Source: an uncultured Treponemataceae bacterium (GTDB lineage Bacteria > Spirochaetota > Spirochaetia > Treponematales > Treponemataceae). From it: 38,611 nt of DNA. The notes beneath the pieces were generated by a model, which had not been told where the DNA came from, searched no databases, and saw nothing but the letters and a program-made list of their open reading frames with translations. Below, piece after piece: positions 6,684 to 16,052 of this stretch (positions are counted from its first letter, which is position 1; every line of letters begins with the position of its first letter). Made by a program: the position numbers and the translations under genes. Location: assembly GCA_964370555.1 (NCBI GenBank), contig CAYJJW010000002.1, positions 1 to 38,611 of the forward strand, in the 5' to 3' direction.

Positions 6684-9128
6684 ATGACTTTTGATTCGAA
6701 TTCTTTTAAAGAACGCCTAAAAGCGCGATTAAAGCGACAGTACGGAAAAGAAATCCAGTCTGCTACAATTCGCCAAATATATGACGCAAGTGCAGCATCA
6801 ATCCAAGAAATGACAATGGATAATTGGATGAAAACAAAGAATGCTCATGAAAAAAAAGGTGTTCGCTCTGTATATTATTTTTCTGCGGAATTTTTAATGG
6901 GCCGTGCTCTTGGAAACAACCTTATAAATACAATGTTAAAAGAGGGCGTAATGTCAGCTTTACAGGAATTAGGTATTGATTATAATGCAATAGAAGATCA
7001 TGAACCTGATGCTGCTCTCGGAAACGGTGGGTTAGGAAGACTTGCCGCATGTTTTTTAGATTCACTTTCAACACTAAATTATCCTGCCTTTGGGTATGGG
7101 ATTCGTTATGAATATGGTATGTTTGAACAGCATATTGAAAACGGGTTCCAAATTGAATATCCAGATAACTGGCTTCGCCATAGAGATCCATGGCAAATCA
7201 AAAGAAGTGATTTATCGGTAGAAGTTCAATTTGGAGGACACGTTACTGTACAAAAAAGTCCAGCGGGAGAAAATATTTTTTCTGTTGTTGATGGAGAAAT
7301 AGTAACGGCAATTCCGTATGACACCCCAATAATCGGGTACGATACAACCACAATTAATACTCTTCGCTTATGGAGAGCTACGTCTCCAAATGGATTTGAT
7401 TTACAACTTTTCAATGATATGCATTACAATCGTTCTGTAGAAAGAAAAAATTCTGCAGAAAATATCTCAAGGGTGCTTTATCCAAATGACTCCGGCGCAT
7501 CGGGAAAAACACTGCGTTTAAAGCAACAATATTTTTTCTGTTCTGCAAGTTTACAAGATTTAGTGCGAAAATATGTTTCTACCTACGGAGATGATTTTAG
7601 CGATTTTTCAAAATATCATGCTATTCAATTAAATGATACACATCCGGTTGTTGCTATTCCTGAATTAATGAGAATTTTTTTGGATGATTATGCAATCGGA
7701 TGGGACAAGGCTTGGGAAATTGTATCAAAAACATTTGCCTATACAAATCATACTATTTTAGCTGAAGCCCTAGAAAAATGGCCTATTGATATCTTCCAAG
7801 CGTTATTACCTCGAATCTATCAAATAGTGGAAGAAATTAATCGTCGCTTTAACTTAACCCTTGTTGAAAAATTTCCTAATGACTATATAAGACATAATCA
7901 AATGAGTATAATATCAAATGGCATGATTCATATGGCGTGGCTTGCTATACATGCTTGTTTTAGTGTTAATGGTGTTGCTGCTTTACACAGTCAAATTCTT
8001 ATTGAAAGCGAATTAAAAAATTGGGCTGAACTTTATCCTACTAAATTTAATAATAAAACAAATGGTGTAACACAAAGAAGGTGGCTTTTAAGTGCAAACC
8101 CACGCTTGGCAGATTTTATTACAGCAAGAATAGGAAATGGATGGCAAAAAGATTTTGCACTTCTAAAAGGTTTAGAAAAATATGCTGATGATGAGGCTTC
8201 TTTAAATGAGCTTCTTGATATCAAGCTAAAAAACAAAAAAGATTTTGCAAAATGGTTGATGGAAACGCAAAACGATTTTATAGATCCGGACTCAATTTTT
8301 GATACTCAAATAAAACGATTGCATGAATACAAACGGCAACTTTTAAATGTTTTACACATTATTTATTTATATAATAAATTAATTGAGGATCCTTCATACA
8401 ACCCTCCGGCAAGAACATTCCTTTTTGGAGCAAAGGCTGCATCAGGATATCGAAGGGCAAAGTCAATTATCAAGTTAATTACTTCAATTGCCGATAAAAT
8501 AAATACAGATCCTCGTGTTCGTGGAAAGCTACGTGTTATTTTTGTTCATAATTACAGAGTAACGGCCGCAGAAAAACTTTTCCCGGCTTCAGATGTTTCA
8601 GAACAAATATCAACAGCAGGAAAAGAAGCTTCAGGAACAGGAAACATGAAGTTTATGATAAACGGAGCACTAACCCTTGGAACCCTTGATGGTGCAAACA
8701 TAGAAATTGTTGAAGAGGCTGGAGAAGAAAATGCTTTTATTTTTGGATTAACTTCTCAAGAGATATCAAAAATTGAACAAGAGCATAGTTATAATCCACA
8801 AAAATATATTCAAGAGAACGCAGGGTTGGCAAAAGCTCTTAGCCAGTTAATTGATGGAACCTTTGATTCTACAGGATCTTTGTTCAGAGAATTGTATGAT
8901 TCATTGGTGTATGGAGTAGAAGGACAAAGACCTGATACATACTATGTTTTGGCTGACTTTGCAGGATACTGTGAAGCACAAGAAAAGGTTGCAGAAGCTT
9001 ATATTGATCGTTTAGGATGGGCTAAAAAAACGCTTCTTAATATTGCGAGATCAGGGAAGTTCTCTTCTGATAGAACAATAGAAGATTATGTTTCCGATAT
9101 TTGGAAACTAAAAAAAATAGACGTATAA
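6684..9128 (+). CDS. glgP: Glycogen/maltodextrin phosphorylase (GT35)
   Basis: It has the pyridoxal-phosphate lysine motif EASGTGNMKFMINGA and GNGGLGRLAACFLDS. I place the start at ATG 6684, directly after an AGGAGGA SD; the GTG at 6657 in the ORF track adds 9 unsupported codons. Confidence 0.95.
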   Translation: MTFDSNSFKERLKARLKRQYGKEIQSATIRQIYDASAASIQEMTMDNWMKTKNAHEKKGVRSVYYFSAEFLMGRALGNNLINTMLKEGVMSALQELGIDYNAIEDHEPDAALGNGGLGRLAACFLDSLSTLNYPAFGYGIRYEYGMFEQHIENGFQIEYPDNWLRHRDPWQIKRSDLSVEVQFGGHVTVQKSPAGENIFSVVDGEIVTAIPYDTPIIGYDTTTINTLRLWRATSPNGFDLQLFNDMHYNRSVERKNSAENISRVLYPNDSGASGKTLRLKQQYFFCSASLQDLVRKYVSTYGDDFSDFSKYHAIQLNDTHPVVAIPELMRIFLDDYAIGWDKAWEIVSKTFAYTNHTILAEALEKWPIDIFQALLPRIYQIVEEINRRFNLTLVEKFPNDYIRHNQMSIISNGMIHMAWLAIHACFSVNGVAALHSQILIESELKNWAELYPTKFNNKTNGVTQRRWLLSANPRLADFITARIGNGWQKDFALLKGLEKYADDEASLNELLDIKLKNKKDFAKWLMETQNDFIDPDSIFDTQIKRLHEYKRQLLNVLHIIYLYNKLIEDPSYNPPARTFLFGAKAASGYRRAKSIIKLITSIADKINTDPRVRGKLRVIFVHNYRVTAAEKLFPASDVSEQISTAGKEASGTGNMKFMINGALTLGTLDGANIEIVEEAGEENAFIFGLTSQEISKIEQEHSYNPQKYIQENAGLAKALSQLIDGTFDSTGSLFRELYDSLVYGVEGQRPDTYYVLADFAGYCEAQEKVAEAYIDRLGWAKKTLLNIARSGKFSSDRTIEDYVSDIWKLKKIDV

Positions 9129-9149
9129 AAATAATTGTAGGAGTCTTAA

Positions 9150-10775
9150 ATGAAAAATAGCGGTTTATTAAGTTTAGATTTAGTTAAAGAAGACTTAACA
9201 CCACAAGAAAGAATAAAACTTCCTTTCTTTATCTTAATGTCATTAATAATGGCAGGTATCTTTGTATTTATAGCAATAGCATTGATTTTTGTAGATAGTC
9301 CTATTGGCGCTGCGTTAATGGGATCTGGGTTTGTTTTCTTTGTTCTCGCTTATAGAAAATTCAAAGTAGGAAAAATAAAATCAGGAACATCTGTTTCTAC
9401 CATAGCGCTGTTAATTGCAGAATCAATAGTAGTTTTTTTCCTTTTATTTGGGCCGAACCCATATGGGTTTTATAGAATTTTAGCTTTTACCTTATTTCTT
9501 TTTGTAGGGAAATTTTTACTTACATCTTCATTAAAAGAACTATTAACTTTTGCTATTTGGTCTGTAGGGATGTTTATAGCAAAAGCTGTTATTTCCTATG
9601 ACGAAATGCCAGCAGATCAAATGGATGTTTTTATTGCCTGTATAGGTATTAGTATTGTGTGTATTGTTGGAACTATGATTGTGTTAGCATCTCTCTATAA
9701 CATGATGAATTCTCTTACTGCTTATGCTGATAGAGAAAAATTAAGGGTTGAAAATGCTTTACATAAAATTACTAATGTATTAAATAACAGTAAACAAGGT
9801 TTAGAAGTTGGAACTGTTTTATCTGAAAAAGCAACCGGTGCAACGCTAGACTTACAAAAAATGGCTTCTGTTTTTTCAACTCTTAAGATGTCTTCCGCAG
9901 AATTAACAACCAGCATTGCAACAATGGCTGATCTTTCTACAACCATGGAAGAAAGTTCTTCTGTAATGCAAGAAGGAACACGGGCTCAAAATGCTTCAAT
10001 TACGGAAAGTTCTGTTGCTCTTACTGAGATTTCTACAAACCTTTCAAGCGTAAATGAAATAGCAACACAAAGAAGTCAAAATATGAAATATTTATTAGAC
10101 TCTTTAAAAGCTCAAAAAAACCTTATTCAAAGTGCTCTTAATGAAGTGCAAAAAGTAAAAGAGTCTTCTTCAAGTATTGGTGATTTTATTCACACTGTAG
10201 AAGATATTGCAAATCAAACAGGTCTTTTAGCAATGAACGCTTCAATTGAAGCAGCACATGCCGGAACTGCTGGAAAAGGATTTGCGGTAATTGCTCAAGA
10301 AATTAGAAAACTTTCTGAGGAAACTGCTAAAAATGCAGCATATATTGGAGATGTGCTCAAAGGAAATGAACTTACTGTTGAAAGTGCTGCAAATGCTGTT
10401 ATTTCATTTGCTACACAATCAGAAAAGAGTTCAGAAGAATTGCAAAGCACTATTGAAGCATTAGATGGTATTCTTATGGGAATTTCTGAAATGGATATAG
10501 GTACACGAGGCGTTATGAACTCAATGCAAACAATAGTTGAGTCTTCAAGGCAAAATGGTAACATGGTAGATGATGTTTCAGGAAAAATTGGACAACAAAA
10601 AGAAATCATGGAAACTTTATCTGGATTTGCTAAAACATTACAAAGTGAAGTTGTTTCTGCTAATACACAAATAACAAGTGTACAAGGAACATTGGAAAGT
10701 ATCCGATCTACATCTGAAGAAAATGTTAAGGTATCAAGTTCTGTAAGTCAAGCTCTACAGGATATTGATATATAA
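9150..10775 (+). CDS. Methyl-accepting chemotaxis protein with a six-helix membrane-embedded N-terminal module
   Basis: It has the highly conserved MCP signalling hairpin [34 protein letters not shown]. About six hydrophobic helices lie in the first 185 aa, with no sizeable periplasmic domain. An AGGAG SD is present. The gene starts 21 nt after the glgP stop. Confidence 0.9.
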   Translation: MKNSGLLSLDLVKEDLTPQERIKLPFFILMSLIMAGIFVFIAIALIFVDSPIGAALMGSGFVFFVLAYRKFKVGKIKSGTSVSTIALLIAESIVVFFLLFGPNPYGFYRILAFTLFLFVGKFLLTSSLKELLTFAIWSVGMFIAKAVISYDEMPADQMDVFIACIGISIVCIVGTMIVLASLYNMMNSLTAYADREKLRVENALHKITNVLNNSKQGLEVGTVLSEKATGATLDLQKMASVFSTLKMSSAELTTSIATMADLSTTMEESSSVMQEGTRAQNASITESSVALTEISTNLSSVNEIATQRSQNMKYLLDSLKAQKNLIQSALNEVQKVKESSSSIGDFIHTVEDIANQTGLLAMNASIEAAHAGTAGKGFAVIAQEIRKLSEETAKNAAYIGDVLKGNELTVESAANAVISFATQSEKSSEELQSTIEALDGILMGISEMDIGTRGVMNSMQTIVESSRQNGNMVDDVSGKIGQQKEIMETLSGFAKTLQSEVVSANTQITSVQGTLESIRSTSEENVKVSSSVSQALQDIDI

Positions 10776-10796
10776 GAACTTTTAATAAAAAATATA

Positions 10797-10831
10797 AAGC
10801 CCATTTTTGTTTTCAAAAATGGGCTTTTTTT
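10797..10831. terminator. Bidirectional rho-independent terminator between the mcp gene and the FMN oxidoreductase gene
   Basis: An 11-bp perfect stem (AGCCCATTTTT at 10798..10808 pairing with AAAAATGGGCT at 10815..10825) has a 6-nt loop. It is followed by a T-run on the plus strand and preceded by an A-run, which is a T-run on the minus strand. Confidence 0.85.
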
Positions 10832-10835
10832 ATCG

Positions 10836-11723
10836 TTATTTGTTTAATAGCTGTTTTACTAAGGCAGAAACTTCTTTTTTTCCACCCTGGCACAAGGCCG
10901 AGGCAAAGGGCCTTCCAATCATTGCTTCATTAACGCCGTATGCACTAGCAAGTAATATATCCTGGTGTGTGCGTATCCCGCCATCAATCCATAATTCTCC
11001 GCAATGTTTTTTGATTTCTTTGCCATAGTTTGCTAAAAACTCTGCAGTGCTGCCAATTCTATTTTCTACCCTTCCTCCGTGGTTAGATATTATTACAATA
11101 TCAGGTCTAACTTCTTTTATTAGTTCTATTTCATCAGGGTTGAAAATTCCTTTTATGGAAAAAGGAACTTGTAGATGATTTTTTATTTCTTTAAGTTGTT
11201 GTGCTGTTTTTTTTTCAAGATTAACAAGGTTTCGCATTGTTAAAATATTATAAGAGTCAATATCAATTCCAACGCTTTCTTCTATGCCACACACCCACTC
11301 TAATCGTTCAAATATGCGAGAATTAGGGTAGGGCTTAATAAAAACTGCAGCTTTTGTATTTGGGCTTGTTTTTTGCTTTTCTTTAACGGCTAAAATTCCT
11401 GACTGAAGTTTTATATCTGGACATCCATCACCAATGCTTAGCCCCGCTTCGGTAGAACCTACTGCATCTATAATGTCAAAATAAAAAGACTCTTCTGTTT
11501 CATATCCAATGTTTTCTATTGCTCCTGTCATTGGGCCAAGGCGAACTTTGCATGTTTTTGAATTTTCGAGGTGTTCATTCGGAAAGGGTAGTGTTTTCCA
11601 TCCTGAAAAATTTAACGTAAAGTTTACATTATTTGAAAACCCTCCCATTCCAGGGAGCTCGCCAACACACCCTTCGCCATTACAAATATCACAAAAATGG
11701 CATTTTGAACTATGTTTATTCAT
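10836..11723 (-). CDS. FMN-dependent alpha-hydroxy-acid oxidase/dehydrogenase-family TIM-barrel protein with an N-terminal Cys cluster
   Basis: The family motifs are present: FSIKGI, VIISNHGGR and WIDGGIRTHQDILLASAYGVNEAMIGRPF. The N-terminus carries CHFCDICNGEGC (CxxCxxCxxxxC). Confidence 0.75.
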   Translation of the reverse strand: MNKHSSKCHFCDICNGEGCVGELPGMGGFSNNVNFTLNFSGWKTLPFPNEHLENSKTCKVRLGPMTGAIENIGYETEESFYFDIIDAVGSTEAGLSIGDGCPDIKLQSGILAVKEKQKTSPNTKAAVFIKPYPNSRIFERLEWVCGIEESVGIDIDSYNILTMRNLVNLEKKTAQQLKEIKNHLQVPFSIKGIFNPDEIELIKEVRPDIVIISNHGGRVENRIGSTAEFLANYGKEIKKHCGELWIDGGIRTHQDILLASAYGVNEAMIGRPFASALCQGGKKEVSALVKQLLNK

Positions 11724-11761
11724 ACTTTAATCATCGGTGTATTACATTTTGTCTTTAGATA

Positions 11762-12847
11762 TTATTCTCCGAAGCATGTTCCTGCTGCTTTTCCTGCCAA
11801 TAAAACACCGTCGTCAAGGGGGACTTTTTTTATTTTTCCAGCAACATCTTCAAGAGGAACGCTATTCATAGCACCATTTTTCATTACTACCATGCGTCCA
11901 AAATCACCTCTTGCAAGCATATGTGCCGCTTCAACGCCAAACTGAGAAGCTAACACTCTGTCATACGCTGCGGGAGTACCACCTCTTTGGGTGTATCCTA
12001 AAACGGTTACTCGTGGTTCAATTTTAGTTGCTTTTTCAAGTTCTTTAGCAACTCTGTAACCTATTGAGTGTCCCATTGCTTTTCTAGATTGCTTAAATTC
12101 TTTTTTTTCCATTCGGGCTTCAGCTTTGCTTAGGGCTCCCTCGGCAACAACAACAATAGAAAAGTTTTTACCTTGTTCTTTGCGTTTTTTTAAATGTCGT
12201 GCAATAGCATCAATGTCGTAAGGTATTTCAGGAATAAGAATAACATCTCCTCCCCCGGCAACACCTGCATATAAACCAAGCCATCCTGCTTTATGCCCCA
12301 TTACTTCAATTATCATTACTCTGTTGTGACTATGTGCCGTTGAGTGTAATCTGTCAATTGCTTCGGTTGCAACGCCAACAGCGGTATGAAAGCCAAATGT
12401 TACATCTGTTTCTTCCAAATCGTTGTCTATTGTTTTAGGTAAACCAATTACATTTAAGCCTTCTTCTTGTAAAAGTTTACCAGTTGTATTGGTTCCGTTT
12501 CCACCCAGTACAATTAGGGCATCCAGTTCCATGTCTTTGTAATTTTTTTTAATGCTTTCTACAGCCGTTAATCCGGTGATTGGATTTGTATCTTTATTTT
12601 TAAAAGGTTTTTCACGTGAAGTACCTAAAATGGTTCCACCAACAGTCAAAATACCGGAAAAATCCTCAGAATGCAATTCATTACACTTGCCTTCGATGAG
12701 ACCTTTGAATCCATCTTGAATACCAATAACTCTCATTCCGTATTCATCAATTGCAGTTCTTGCAACACCTCTTATTGCTGCATTTAATCCAGGGGCATCT
12801 CCGCCAGAGGTTAAAATACCAAATTTCTTTACTACAGAGTCTTTCAT
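11762..12847 (-). CDS. pfkA: 6-phosphofructokinase (PfkA family; phosphoryl donor ambiguous)
   Basis: Motifs GILTSGGDAPGLNAAIRG, GGNGT, GLPKTIDNDL, MGHKAGWL and LGYTQRGG are present. An AAGAGG SD is present. Confidence 0.9.
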   Translation of the reverse strand: MKDSVVKKFGILTSGGDAPGLNAAIRGVARTAIDEYGMRVIGIQDGFKGLIEGKCNELHSEDFSGILTVGGTILGTSREKPFKNKDTNPITGLTAVESIKKNYKDMELDALIVLGGNGTNTTGKLLQEEGLNVIGLPKTIDNDLEETDVTFGFHTAVGVATEAIDRLHSTAHSHNRVMIIEVMGHKAGWLGLYAGVAGGGDVILIPEIPYDIDAIARHLKKRKEQGKNFSIVVVAEGALSKAEARMEKKEFKQSRKAMGHSIGYRVAKELEKATKIEPRVTVLGYTQRGGTPAAYDRVLASQFGVEAAHMLARGDFGRMVVMKNGAMNSVPLEDVAGKIKKVPLDDGVLLAGKAAGTCFGE

Positions 12848-12879
12848 AACGTACCTCTTATGTATTTGACATATTTAAA

Positions 12880-12908
12880 AGTATATCACTTTCCCCCCTT
12901 CCACGCAA
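12880..12908 (-). promoter_or_regulatory. Putative pfkA promoter (TTGCGT, 17 nt, TGaTATACT)
   Basis: On the minus strand, the -35 TTGCGT lies at 12908..12903. The 17-nt spacer contains a G6 tract. The extended -10 TG-a-TATACT ends at 12880. The leader to ATG 12847 is about 25 nt and carries an SD. Confidence 0.45.
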
Positions 12909-12936
12909 GTTCTTTTTATGATATTATAGTTTGATT

Positions 12937-15108
12937 ATGAAACATATACATTTTGCTTTTTTATTATTAATGCTAGTAGTAGTTCTTTGTCCTGTCTTTT
13001 CGCAAAGGCTTTCACCTCAAACACCAGCGCAAGCTACTTCTTTTTCACAAAGCCTTATTGGAAATGAGGGTGGATTATATAAGGTAACAGAATCAAAAAC
13101 ACTTTTGCCATTATGGCAAGAAGGCGCAGTTGATAAAATTATGTATGCCGATGGTTGGTATTTTTTAACAACAAAGGGTGTCATTTTTAGTAAAGATTTA
13201 AAGCAGTTTGAACCGAGAAACAATGGGCTTCCGTTTAGCACTATTAAAGAATATAATGGAAAAAATACCTCTTTTGTGCAACAAGTGCACCCTTTAAAAG
13301 ACTTGGAATTTCTTCCGGGCGATTCAAGAACTTTAATTACTACTACGAAAGAAGAAGTTTTTATTAGCCGAAATGCAGGGATAAGTTGGCAGTCTCTTGG
13401 CTTTAGCGCAAGAACTACAGGTGCTAAGGCTGTTGCCGTAGCTATGCTTCCAACGGCAAATGGAACAGAAATATTAACAGCTTTTTTATCGCACCCTATT
13501 TATGGTGTAGCATATCTGCATCCTGATAGTCCAAATCCTACATGGATAGATATTCCTGACGGATTTGATATGATGCCTACATTAGAAAATCCCGATGAAG
13601 TTGCTGATATTCTAGCCGTACATGAAAAGGATTCTACAGGAGAAATAAAGACTTCTGTATACTTCACACAAAGCTTTTTACCTCGATTGTATAAACTTGT
13701 GTGGGTTGAAAAAAAAGTTGAGTTAATTGCTAGTCAAGATAAGCCATCAAACACATGGGATAGTCTTGTGTCATTAGGAACAGATTTAGCTTTTGTAAGT
13801 ATAGATGGCATAAGATATTTTTCTACAAAAACACAGAGTTTTGTAAGTAAAATAAATATTAGTAATTCTATTGAATCTCTTTTACAATCAATGGATGTAG
13901 CTCCTCGTTCGGGATGGTTTTCTCCTTCTATTACCGGTATTAATACCCCTTTTGGATTAAGCGAACTTTGGTTAACACGTACAAACAGTCTAGAAGGAGA
14001 ATATACTTCAATAGCAGCAGATAAACGAAGTATTTATGTTCCTTCTGGACAAGTTACGGATCAAGCAGGTATTGATAAGTTTGTATCCATTGTTGAGACA
14101 AATAATCTAAACAGTATAGTTATTGACATGAAAGATGATAAAGGTCTTTTACGATACCAAACAAAAGACCCCTTGGTTTTGGAAAAAGCAACAATAAGTA
14201 GGTATGCTTTAAATGCAGAATCTTTTATTAAATCATTTAAAGAAAAAAACATTTATTTAATAGCACGTATTGTTGTATTTAAGGATGCAAATCTCTATAA
14301 ATATAATCAAAGAGAATATGCTGTATGGGATAATACTACAAATTATTCTTGGCTGGGAGAAAGGGAGCATCTAGAAGATGGCAGTTCTACGTATTATGAC
14401 GAACACTGGGTTGACCCTTATTCACATGAAGTTTGGGAGTATAATGTAGCGATTGCCAAGGAGCTCATAGCCCTTGGTTTTGATGAAATTCAATTTGACT
14501 ATATTCGCTTTCCCACCGATGGACTTAATTTATATGATGCTCATTTTAGATGGCAAGATGAAGGAATGGATAAAGAAAGTGCACTTGTATCATTTTTGTC
14601 ATATGCTAGAGAAAATATTGATGTTCCAATAGGGATAGATATCTACGGTGTAAATGGTTGGTATCGTAGTGGATCAAGAACAGGACAGGATGTTGAACTT
14701 ATAGCTCCCTATGTTGATGTTATTAGCCCAATGTCTTATCCAAGTCATTTTGAATCAATTTTCTTGGCATACACACCAATTATTGAGCGCCCTTATCGTA
14801 TTTACTTCTATGGAACGTATAGAAACGCTGTTATTGCTCGCAACCAAGTAATAATTCGTCCTTGGCTGCAATCATTCTTTTTAAGCCATAATTCTTTTGA
14901 TGAGCAATATTACAGTAGTAATTACGTGCAGAGACAAGTTTTTGGTGTTAGAGACTCAACAGACTCAGGGTATATGTATTGGAACAATGTAGGGCGCTAT
15001 GATGAAGTGCGGCCTCATATTGGGACTGCAGAAGAAAACATGCCATATCCTTGGGAAAAAGCAGAGCGCGATACCATTGAATCTATTCCTGTTTTTTCGG
15101 GACAATAA
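12937..15108 (+). CDS. Secreted protein: N-terminal beta-propeller-like region plus a C-terminal GH-like TIM-barrel domain (DUF4015-like putative glycoside hydrolase)
   Basis: The signal peptide is MKHIHFAFLLLMLVVVLCPVFSQ, starting from ATG 12937. An Asp-box-like motif SRNAGISW is present. The C-terminal half has IQFDYIRFP and surrounding sequence that I associate with the DUF4015/GHL family. Confidence 0.55.
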   Translation: MKHIHFAFLLLMLVVVLCPVFSQRLSPQTPAQATSFSQSLIGNEGGLYKVTESKTLLPLWQEGAVDKIMYADGWYFLTTKGVIFSKDLKQFEPRNNGLPFSTIKEYNGKNTSFVQQVHPLKDLEFLPGDSRTLITTTKEEVFISRNAGISWQSLGFSARTTGAKAVAVAMLPTANGTEILTAFLSHPIYGVAYLHPDSPNPTWIDIPDGFDMMPTLENPDEVADILAVHEKDSTGEIKTSVYFTQSFLPRLYKLVWVEKKVELIASQDKPSNTWDSLVSLGTDLAFVSIDGIRYFSTKTQSFVSKINISNSIESLLQSMDVAPRSGWFSPSITGINTPFGLSELWLTRTNSLEGEYTSIAADKRSIYVPSGQVTDQAGIDKFVSIVETNNLNSIVIDMKDDKGLLRYQTKDPLVLEKATISRYALNAESFIKSFKEKNIYLIARIVVFKDANLYKYNQREYAVWDNTTNYSWLGEREHLEDGSSTYYDEHWVDPYSHEVWEYNVAIAKELIALGFDEIQFDYIRFPTDGLNLYDAHFRWQDEGMDKESALVSFLSYARENIDVPIGIDIYGVNGWYRSGSRTGQDVELIAPYVDVISPMSYPSHFESIFLAYTPIIERPYRIYFYGTYRNAVIARNQVIIRPWLQSFFLSHNSFDEQYYSSNYVQRQVFGVRDSTDSGYMYWNNVGRYDEVRPHIGTAEENMPYPWEKAERDTIESIPVFSGQ

Positions 15109-15123
15109 ACACAGGAGATTTTT

Positions 15124-16050
15124 ATGATTTCTTTATTTAACGCATCGGTATATGATTGGGGCTTACAGGTTATTCATGCAATTCAAACATTAGAAAGTAG
15201 TTTTTTTACGTATTTAATGCTTTTTGTAAGTTTTCTTTCTGATACGCTTACTTATTTAATTTTTTTACCCATTTTGTTTTGGTGTTTAGATGAAAAAAAG
15301 GCTTTTAAAGTTTCTCTCTTTGTTCTTTTTTCTGCATCAATTAATACTAGTATTAAAGACTTTTTACAAGTGCCTAGACCATATATTGTAGACCCATCTG
15401 TTGCAATTGATACTCATTCGGGGTTCTCAACACCTTCAGGACACTCTCAAAATTCAGCAGCATTTTGGCCATACGCAGTCTTTCTGTTCTTAAAAAATGG
15501 AAAAACATCATTTGTGTTTAAAGTTATTTTATCAGTAGGCTTACCTTTAATAATTGGCTTTTCAAGAGTTTATTTGGGGGTTCACTATCCTTCTGATGTG
15601 TTATTAGGATGGACTATTGGATTTTTGTTATCTATTGGAGCAATACTTTTTACACCTGTTTTAGAAAAAAAGATTGCCAATCTTCCGCGAGCATTTAAAA
15701 TAGTACTTGTTGGCTTTACTGCTTTTGGTTTAAACTGGATTGGCCCAACCGATACTTCTATGTCTGCTGCTTTTTTTGGCCTAGGAATAGGGTATATTTA
15801 TTTAACTGAAAAGGGTGGTTATGACGCAAAGCAAGGTACGCGTGTACAAAAACTGTTAAGAATTCTTGTCGGTTTATGTATTATAGGACTTCTTTATGGA
15901 GGATTAAAGCTTGTTTTACCCGAAGAAGGAGAAAGCAATTATCAGCTTTTTAGATTTATTAGATACCTCTCAGTTGGATTTAGTGCAAGCTATATTATTC
16001 CAAAACTATTTATAGCTTTAAAAATCGCCAAACAAAAGGAAGTAGAATAA
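15124..16050 (+). CDS. PAP2-family lipid phosphate phosphatase (undecaprenyl-diphosphate or phosphatidate phosphatase type)
   Basis: The complete tripartite PAP2 motif is present: KDFLQVPRP, PSGHS and SRVYLGVHYPSDV. The protein is polytopic and has extra C-terminal helices. An AGGAG SD is present. Confidence 0.85.
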   Translation: MISLFNASVYDWGLQVIHAIQTLESSFFTYLMLFVSFLSDTLTYLIFLPILFWCLDEKKAFKVSLFVLFSASINTSIKDFLQVPRPYIVDPSVAIDTHSGFSTPSGHSQNSAAFWPYAVFLFLKNGKTSFVFKVILSVGLPLIIGFSRVYLGVHYPSDVLLGWTIGFLLSIGAILFTPVLEKKIANLPRAFKIVLVGFTAFGLNWIGPTDTSMSAAFFGLGIGYIYLTEKGGYDAKQGTRVQKLLRILVGLCIIGLLYGGLKLVLPEEGESNYQLFRFIRYLSVGFSASYIIPKLFIALKIAKQKEVE

Positions 16051-16052
16051 CT

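Noticed and set aside
7478-7486. DnaA-box-like TTATCCAAA (1 mismatch) inside glgP, and 2-mismatch versions at about 14735 and 33494
   Set aside because: These are isolated single near-matches inside coding sequence and are expected by chance. Only the two perfect boxes embedded in the identical 17-mers are notable.
12893-12898. C6/G6 homopolymer inside the pfkA promoter spacer, reminiscent of the poly-G phase-variation tracts upstream of treponemal tpr genes
   Set aside because: Six residues is shorter than tracts known to slip at useful frequency (usually 8 or more). pfkA is a housekeeping gene, and I have no population data to show length variation.
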